Part shown: positions 57,479-64,000 of the stretch, one piece after another
How positions within the stretch are numbered: the stretch's first letter is position 1
Layout of the letters: the number at the start of each line of letters is the position of its first letter
NCBI GenBank assembly: GCA_963772455.1
Contig: CAVYXJ010000007.1
Coordinates: 128,001 to 192,000, forward strand
DNA: 64,000 nt
Source: Candidatus Bathyarchaeota archaeon
GTDB taxonomy: Archaea > Thermoproteota > Bathyarchaeia > Bathyarchaeales > Bathycorpusculaceae
Direction: 5' to 3'
The notes under the pieces: generated by a model
Databases searched by the model: none
Told to the model about the DNA's origin: nothing
The model's input: only the letters and a program-made list of their open reading frames with translations
Position numbers and translations under genes: made by a program

Positions 57479-57739
57479 TTAACTCAACAACCAATAGTAT
57501 AGAACAGTAATAATTAAAACTACAATCGTAAGAGATAAGGTAAGAGCTAACACAGATTTAACGGATTTTTTATCTGTGCCAAAAATTATCGGGATAGGAC
57601 CAATCATGATCACACCCGCGCCACGAACCTTGCTCTTTTTGGAACTACCTAAGGAGGAAAGAATAATCGCGGTCACAATAACTATGACTCCAACAATGAC
57701 TATTGCTATTCCGATTACATAAAAAATCGCAGATTCCAT
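57479..57739 (-). CDS. DUF131 (TIGR00304) membrane protein, tandem paralogue
   Basis: GAGVIMIGPIPIIFGTD signature. Confidence 0.88.
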   Translation of the reverse strand: MESAIFYVIGIAIVIVGVIVIVTAIILSSLGSSKKSKVRGAGVIMIGPIPIIFGTDKKSVKSVLALTLSLTIVVLIITVLYYWLLS

Positions 57740-57860
57740 CGAGTTGCCTCCAACAAGCCCAACCTAAGAGGAAACACCGTTTTTAATAAACACAGACGGG
57801 CAATCCTTAGAAATGCAAAAAATTAAAAGCCCCCATACTTCTTTATCGTGTCAGCTCAAA

Positions 57861-59017
57861 ATGACAACCCAAGACATAATTCAAGAGATTCTTCAGAAAA
57901 ACCCGCTAATCACCCATGAGCAAATCGTAGAAAAACTGAATGCTGAAAAAGTCAGAACAGGCGGCTTACTTGGTGAAGAAACATTGTTGCGGTTGATTGC
58001 CGCTAAATTCGGCGTTCAAGTACAGCAAAACACTATTCAAAACAGCGGAATCTTATCAACAAACCGTTTGTTTGCAGGCTTATATGATGTTACGGTCGCA
58101 GGTCGATTAATTGCCGTATTCCCTGCCAAAACCTTTCAGGGCGCTGAAAAATCAGGCAAACTCGCAACAATAATGCTTGCTGACAAAGAGGGACTTATAC
58201 GAGTAGTTCTATGGAATGAAAAAGCAGAGTTGGTTGAGAGAGGCGAACTTAAAGCTGGGCAAACTGTGAGGCTGGTTCATGGGTACACTAAGCAAGATAA
58301 GTTTGGCAAAACCGAACTGCATCTTGGAGCGAAAAGCCAAATCGAATTTGAACCCATGGCAAAAGAAGAAATTCTCACAATTGAAAATTTCACAACAAAA
58401 ATCAACACATTAAATATCAATTCAGGCAACGTTCACCTTTCAGGAGAAGTGAAAGAAGTTTTAGGCGAAAGCACTTTCATTCGAAGTGACACAAGCGTAG
58501 GTACAGTTACACGCCTATCTCTAATCGATGATTCAGGTTTGGTAAATGTGGTTTTTTGGAACGAGAAGGCAACTGAATTGGGAAGCGCGCTTAAAGCAAA
58601 CGCACGTTTACTATTGGTTAATGCAAAAGTGAAAGAGGGCCAAAACGGCAGCATAGAAGTGCACGTTGACTCAAACACGTTCATCGATGTTCAAACCGCC
58701 AAAGTGAAGTATACCCAAATTGCTGGTTTAACTGAAGATCAAATAGTAAACTTTGAAGGAATTGTATGCGAAGTGCGTGAAAACAGAGAAGTTACAACAT
58801 CCAAAGGCGAAACGATCAAACTCTCAGTTTTTGACTTAAAAGATGACCACGGCATTGTTCGTGTTTCAGCTTGGAGGGAGCACTGCGGAAACCTTCAAGG
58901 ACTTAAAAATCGGTGATAAAGTTGTTTTGCAAAATATTTACGTGAAGAAAGGGATTTGGTGGTAAAATAGAATTATCCACCCGAAATGCAACAGTAGCAT
59001 CTGTTGTTAAAGTTTGA
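57861..59017 (+). CDS. Multi-OB-fold replication protein A / SSB with two apparent +1 frameshifts (~58883, ~58951)
   Basis: Three OB folds (IRVVLWNE, VNVVFWNE, VRVSAWRE); continuation AETFKDLKIGDKVVLQNIYVKK / GFGGKIELSTR in shifted frames. Confidence 0.85.
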
Positions 59018-59023
59018 GATGGA

Positions 59024-59159
59024 CTACAATGCTTTTGATATTTCGCTTGTAGCTGCAATACCGCTCAAGTCTGTTGTACTGACTTTAGCTTCTTTTGACA
59101 CATCGATCAATGGTTTCGATTTTTCCTACAGTTTTTTCATCGAACTAATCACATATCAT
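59024..59159 (-). pseudogene. Possible remnant of an isopropylmalate/isocitrate dehydrogenase C-terminus
   Basis: MICD*FDEKTVGKIETID / DVSKEAKVSTTDLSGIAATSEISKAL* resembles the family end MMLDWLGEK...IE..V..VLKEGKV.T.DLGG.ATTSE. Confidence 0.45.
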
Positions 59160-59190
59160 TGTATCTGGCTCTATATGAAAAAAGTTTGAG

Positions 59191-59721
59191 CTAAATCTTG
59201 TATTCCTGATCTACATACAGTTGCTTCAAATTTCGATATTTCTTGAATTCATCATCTTTATTTTCGTAGCGCCTCATTGTTGCAGCATTGGTTTTCACGC
59301 GTTCAAAACGTTTTTGACAATTACTTCGCTCTTGAAGCATAATAACATCACGAGGCTTGCTAAAACATTCTGTTTTACCATCTTCACGTTTACGTTCGAT
59401 CTTTATGCAGTCGTTCACCATGCAATTAAGTACGCAAGCACCGCAGTAAACACACAAATCCTCAGTTATTCCAACTTTTCCATTACCCCAATACAACGCG
59501 TTTGTAGGACATGCTTTAATGCATAGTTTACATTGTCCCCCAACGCATGTGAACTCGTTGATCTTAATTTTACCTTCTTTAAAGAGTTCTTTAACGCCTG
59601 TAGGTTCAAGAAGTTCTTTTCGCAGCCGTTGCTTTTCCGCTTCTTCGTCAACCTGTTCGCTGTTTTCTTCATCCATCAGTTCGTATGTCGAAGGCGTTTT
59701 AGATGGCATATCAGGAATCAC
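59191..59721 (-). CDS. 2[4Fe-4S] ferredoxin-domain protein
   Basis: CVGGQCKLCIKACP and CVYCGACVLNC. Confidence 0.88.
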   Translation of the reverse strand: MIPDMPSKTPSTYELMDEENSEQVDEEAEKQRLRKELLEPTGVKELFKEGKIKINEFTCVGGQCKLCIKACPTNALYWGNGKVGITEDLCVYCGACVLNCMVNDCIKIERKREDGKTECFSKPRDVIMLQERSNCQKRFERVKTNAATMRRYENKDDEFKKYRNLKQLYVDQEYKI

Positions 59722-59753
59722 GATTAAGTTAGGTTTGCTTCAAAATAGGCTTT

Positions 59754-61325
59754 ATGAATTATAATACTTATCTTACCGTTTCTTCGATTTATGCCAATCA
59801 GGTTTATAAAATTCATTTTTTTATTAAAGAAAGCTATCGTCTTGAAAGAGGCATTTTCCTGAGTCAACCTCAATCATTAAGCAAACCAGTTTCCCATTCA
59901 ATAAAACACAGTCGAATAATACTGGCAATCATAGTACTTGGAACACTAATGGGCGCATTAGACAGCACTATTGTGTTGTTAGCTTTCCCAGTCATTAATG
60001 ACAGCCTTCATTCAGACTTCGTCATTACAATATGGATAATCCTCGCTTATTTGCTCGTACTTGCTGTTGCAACAACTCAGATGGGTAGAATTGGCGACAT
60101 CTATGGCAGAAGCAAAATTTTTAACATGGGCTTTATAATCTTCACCCTCGGCTCTGCGTTATGCGGTTTCTCAACCAACATTTATCTCTTAATCACTTTC
60201 AGGATTGTTCAAGCCATAGGCGGAGCAATTTTACAAGCCACAAGTGGGGCTATAATCGCGGATGTTTTTCCAAAAGAAGTGCGCGGCAAAGCTTACGGTT
60301 ACAATTCGCTCGGTTATACAAGCGGCGCTATGATAGGCATTGTTTTAGGCGGAATCCTTACTACTTTTGTCAATTGGCAATTCATTTTCTTCCTCAACAT
60401 CCCAATAGGAGTAGTCGCTGTCATCATCGGTTTAAAGTATCTTAAAGACACCACAAAAAACCCTGCAAAAATGGACATTGGCGGTATGGCACTTTTAGCT
60501 TTGGCACTTGTAATTCTCTCATTGGGATTAATTGACTTTGCATCATTAGGTCTTAACTTAATTAACGGTATTTTGATTGTCGTTGGTACTTTACTTGTTC
60601 CATTGTTCATTTGGTACGACCGCAAGCAAGAGAGCCCAATGATTGATTTTGAAGCCTTCAAAAACAGGATCCTGAGAAACTCAATCTTCTCAGCGTTCTT
60701 AGTAAGCCTTGGATACTTCTCAGTCGTTTTCTTAGTCATCATGTATTTGCAGGGTATAAGAGGGCTATCACCTCTTGACGCTTCCTTATTGCTGGTGCCA
60801 GGATACGTTGCAGGAAGTTTTCTGGGACCAATAATGGGCAGGCTCTCGGACAAGTACGGTTCACGAGAACTAGCAACCATAGGCATATTCATCATAGCCG
60901 TCGCCATATCGATTTATTTGACCATGAGCGTTGACTCCTCACTCTACATTGTCCTTGTAGCTTCAGCAATAACAGGTTTAGGAACCTCCATGTTCTTCCC
61001 CGCCAACAACAGCGCGGTCATGGCGAATGCGAGAACAGGTTCATACGGCAGCATATCAGGCGTCCTAAGAACAGTACAGAACATAGGCATATTGGGCAGT
61101 TTTGTACTTGCAATTTCCGTTGCATCCGCTTCAGTTCCAAGAGAAGTTGCTTTCCAAGTGTTTATTGGAACAAACCAACTCAGCGGCGGAGTTAGCCAAG
61201 CGTTCTTAGTAGGGATCCACAACGCCCTCTACGTTTCGATAGTCATTCTTGTTTTTGCATCAGTGTTGTCGTTTATCCGAGGAAAAGAATTAAGAAAAGA
61301 AAAAGCGATCAAACCTAAAGCCTAA
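59754..61325 (+). CDS. MFS transporter, DHA2 (14-TM) family; true start likely downstream
   Basis: ALDSTIV, GRIGDIYGR, RIVQAIGG, WQFIFFLNIPIG, GRLSDKYG. Confidence 0.92.
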   Translation: MNYNTYLTVSSIYANQVYKIHFFIKESYRLERGIFLSQPQSLSKPVSHSIKHSRIILAIIVLGTLMGALDSTIVLLAFPVINDSLHSDFVITIWIILAYLLVLAVATTQMGRIGDIYGRSKIFNMGFIIFTLGSALCGFSTNIYLLITFRIVQAIGGAILQATSGAIIADVFPKEVRGKAYGYNSLGYTSGAMIGIVLGGILTTFVNWQFIFFLNIPIGVVAVIIGLKYLKDTTKNPAKMDIGGMALLALALVILSLGLIDFASLGLNLINGILIVVGTLLVPLFIWYDRKQESPMIDFEAFKNRILRNSIFSAFLVSLGYFSVVFLVIMYLQGIRGLSPLDASLLLVPGYVAGSFLGPIMGRLSDKYGSRELATIGIFIIAVAISIYLTMSVDSSLYIVLVASAITGLGTSMFFPANNSAVMANARTGSYGSISGVLRTVQNIGILGSFVLAISVASASVPREVAFQVFIGTNQLSGGVSQAFLVGIHNALYVSIVILVFASVLSFIRGKELRKEKAIKPKA

Positions 61326-61373
61326 TACTGCCAACCGCCAAATAGTAATTGAGCTCTTGATGGGAGGATTGGC

Positions 61374-62328
61374 TTGGGCAAACTTAAATTCGGCGTATTC
61401 TTACCTTTCTACTCTTTCCAAACCAAAACCCCTAACGAATACTATGAGCAACTTAAAACTATTGTTTTGGAATGTGAACGTTTAGGTTATGATTCGGTTT
61501 GGCTTGATGATCACTTAATGTATAATAATTGGCCAATCTTTGAGCCTTGGATAACTCTCTCTGCACTCTCATTCGTTAACTAGCAAGATACGACTGGGAA
61601 CTATGGTTACATGCAATGCCCATAGAGAGCCAGCCCTACTCGCAAAAACCACCGCTACCCTTGATGTCCTTTCGAATGGGAGATTAGAATTCGGGGTTGG
61701 CGCAGGTTGCCAGAGAAGCTGAGCATTTGGCTTATGGTTATGATTTTCCTAAAGCAAACATCAGAATTGAAAACTTAGGTGAAGCTTTGGAAGTGATAAG
61801 GCAACTATGGACTCAAGAGAGATCAAACTACCAAGGAAAATATTACAGCCTCAAAGATGCGGTTTGTGAGCCAAAACCGTTGCAGAAACCGCATCCACCC
61901 ATAACCGTTGGCGGAGGAGGCGAGAAACTAACAATGAAAATTACAGCGAAGTATGCTGACAGGTTTGATTGGGGTTCTCTTGTCATCTGAAGATGATTAT
62001 AAGCGTAAAATTGAGTTGTTACAAGAACAATGTAAAGTCACTGGCAGAGACTTTGACGAGATTGAGCGTTCCTGCTGGCCTGGAGGGCAAGTGTTGATTG
62101 CTCAGAACCATAAGAGAATTAGAAGAAATGATTTCTCTTCGCAAACCTGCAAGTTTGCCTATGGATGAATTCAGGAAGGGCAATTTGTCTGGCACTCCAA
62201 ACGAATGTAGAAAGCAGTTGCAGGTTTATGTTGATTTAGGTGTGACTTATTTTATGCTGTACTTCGCAGATTTGCCAAGCACAGATGGGTTAAAGTTGTT
62301 TTCTGAAGAGGTCATCAAGAAAATATAG
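61374..62328 (+). pseudogene. LLM-class (F420/flavin-dependent) oxidoreductase split by four +1 frameshifts (pseudogene or sequencing error)
   Basis: KFGVFLP, GYDSVWLDDH, TSKIRLGT, SNGRLEFGVGAG, PKPLQKPHPPITVGGGGE, GTP, GVTYF across frames. Confidence 0.85.
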
Positions 62329-62679
62329 TTAGAGATCTCCCCTCGAAATATGCGACAACTCATGAACAATGATTTCATCCAAGCTGTGATAAGGATTCTT
62401 CCTTACTAGAATAATATAGTCGGCATCGTCGGTTTCCTCACCGTTAAATACACATGCATCTGTGCCATGGGTTGAAAGAATCCGTCCCCACTCTTCTATT
62501 TCTCGAAAATCATCTTCGATGCATTGGCGGCGCTGTAGAACACGGTTAAAATCGTCATCGCTTAACCTTAGCGCTTTAACTTTTGGCATTGGCTTGCTAC
62601 TCAGCGTTTTCCATGCATCGGTAAGATGCCTTTTGGAAATGCGCTCGGCTTTCATCTCGATTCCTTCGACTAAACCCAA
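62329..62679 (-). CDS. Small hypothetical protein with a C-terminal HExxH motif
   Basis: EIIVHELSHI near the C-terminus. Confidence 0.6.
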   Translation of the reverse strand: MGLVEGIEMKAERISKRHLTDAWKTLSSKPMPKVKALRLSDDDFNRVLQRRQCIEDDFREIEEWGRILSTHGTDACVFNGEETDDADYIILVRKNPYHSLDEIIVHELSHISRGDL

Positions 62680-62829
62680 ATAAAAACCCCTTATTTTCAG
62701 TTTCGGAAAAAAGACTCGCCGCTCAAAGCAAGTCGCTACAAAATTTAACGGGTTTTACTGTAAAAGGATTTGCAGTAGTTGCAATACTACCACAAACGAT
62801 TTTCTATTTAAATAAGGAAGAATAGCACC

Positions 62830-64000
62830 CTATTGTGTTTTGTTGTTGTAGTCGGTTGTCAGTACGTTCATGCCGCTCAGGACTGCTTCCATACTTGCTT
62901 TAACGATGTCTTCGCGGACCCCCGTTGCGGTGACTTTTCGGTCGCCTTTGCGCATATGCACGACGACTTCAACCATCGCATCTGTTCCGCCAGTAATTGC
63001 TTTAACATTGTATTGTTCTAGCGTGATGGGCTCGGTTTCTGCGATAGCGTCTTTAACCGCGTTTATCGTGGCGTCCACTGGTCCAACGCCCACCGCGGCG
63101 CCCCAAACGACCTTACCGTTTAGTTTCAAGCGAACTGAAGCAGTCGAAGTAACTTTGTCGCCGCCAACGTATGTCATTTCTTCAAGCTGTATAGGTTTAG
63201 CTTTATCCAAGCCCATGACAGCTTCAGCGATAGCCAGCACATCTGCATCCATAACAGTTTTGCCTTTGTCACCCAATTCTTTGATTCGTTTTAAGATTTC
63301 TTTGAACTGTGTTTCTGTGGGTTTTAGTCCCATGTTTGCTAAGTCTGCTCGTATGGCGTTGGATCCTGAGTGTTTTCCTGGGGCAATGCGCCTTGTGCAT
63401 CCTACAAGTTCAGGAGCAATGGGCTCATAAGTCAAAGGATTTGCAAGTACACCTTGAGTGTGTATGCCTGATTCGTGGGTAAATGCATTTTCTCCCACGA
63501 TTGCCTTGTTAGGTTGTGTGTAAACGCCCGTTAAACGTGAAACCAATTGCGATGTGCCGTAGAGGAGTTCAGTTTTGATGTTTAAGTCCAGTTTGTAGAG
63601 CGAGCGAAGTGTTATCACTATTTCTTCGAGCGCTGCGTTGCCTGCCCGTTCCCCTAAACCGTTTATTGTAGCGTGGCATTCGTCTGCGCCTGAGCTTAAA
63701 GCGGCAACTGTGTTGGCGACTGCCATTCCGAAGTCGTTGTGACAATGCACAGCGATGGGCACCTTGAGTTTTTTTTTCAGGTTGGAAAAGAACTCGGCGG
63801 TGCGTTCAGGAGTTAAAACTCCCACGGTATCGCATGGAGTCACCCTATCCACTCCAGCATCTGAAGCGGCTAAGAAAACCTTAGTTAAATAATCGAAGTC
63901 TGATCGGGTAGCGTCCTCAGCCAACAACTCAACCGTTAAGCCATGATCTTTTGCATACTGCACGCATTCCTCCGTGGCTTTAAGAACCTGCTCGCGGGTC
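62830..64000 (-). CDS. 2-isopropylmalate/citramalate synthase, 5'-truncated by the window edge
   Basis: [39 protein letters not shown] regulatory domain; frame stays open to 64000. Confidence 0.93.
   Translation of the reverse strand, partial: TREQVLKATEECVQYAKDHGLTVELLAEDATRSDFDYLTKVFLAASDAGVDRVTPCDTVGVLTPERTAEFFSNLKKKLKVPIAVHCHNDFGMAVANTVAALSSGADECHATINGLGERAGNAALEEIVITLRSLYKLDLNIKTELLYGTSQLVSRLTGVYTQPNKAIVGENAFTHESGIHTQGVLANPLTYEPIAPELVGCTRRIAPGKHSGSNAIRADLANMGLKPTETQFKEILKRIKELGDKGKTVMDADVLAIAEAVMGLDKAKPIQLEEMTYVGGDKVTSTASVRLKLNGKVVWGAAVGVGPVDATINAVKDAIAETEPITLEQYNVKAITGGTDAMVEVVVHMRKGDRKVTATGVREDIVKASMEAVLSGMNVLTTDYNNKTQ

Noticed and set aside
59004-59189. 61-aa ORF on the + strand
   Set aside because: Overlaps the true RPA end and is antisense to the putative leuB/icd remnant
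1-64000. Numerous antisense ORFs of 60-200 aa overlapping assigned genes; IS, integrase, defence or rRNA genes
   Set aside because: The antisense ORFs are shadows of well-supported genes; no transposase, integrase, cas, restriction or rRNA signature was recognised

Overview
Archaeal chromosomal segment of moderate-to-low GC. The gene content and protein styles (TBP, Spt5, SecY/SecE, aKMT-like methyltransferase, Cren7-like protein, PQQ-like beta-propeller and lectin surface proteins, HypCDEF) point to a TACK archaeon, most likely Ca. Bathyarchaeia (inference). Core blocks: dtdA-secE-spt5-rpl11-rpl1-rpl10 (no rpl12 follows), the rpl22-to-secY ribosomal protein cluster with DUF106-cmk, hypFCD/hypE, lig, ilvC, argF-like, pyrE, a partial leuA/cimA, and a tRNA-Met(CAT) with a 31-nt intron in the variable loop. 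I found no CRISPR array, rRNA, transposase or integrase. Items missing from the ORF track: a Zn-ribbon Cren7-like gene (4912-5085), rps14, a 40-aa membrane microprotein, a histidine-kinase remnant, a probable leuB/icd remnant, a 40-bp direct repeat around the TspO-like segment, and a ~105-nt intergenic hairpin. The best candidate for a system is a chromatin/protein-modification neighbourhood (aKMT-like, Cys-rich protein, Lhr, Cren7-like, TBP, Ard1). Several enzymes also have altered signature residues (LarA-like, OTC-like, KARI, RadB-like). Seven frameshifts in three genes are all +1 and probably reflect sequencing error. All family assignments come from motif recognition by eye; no searches were run.
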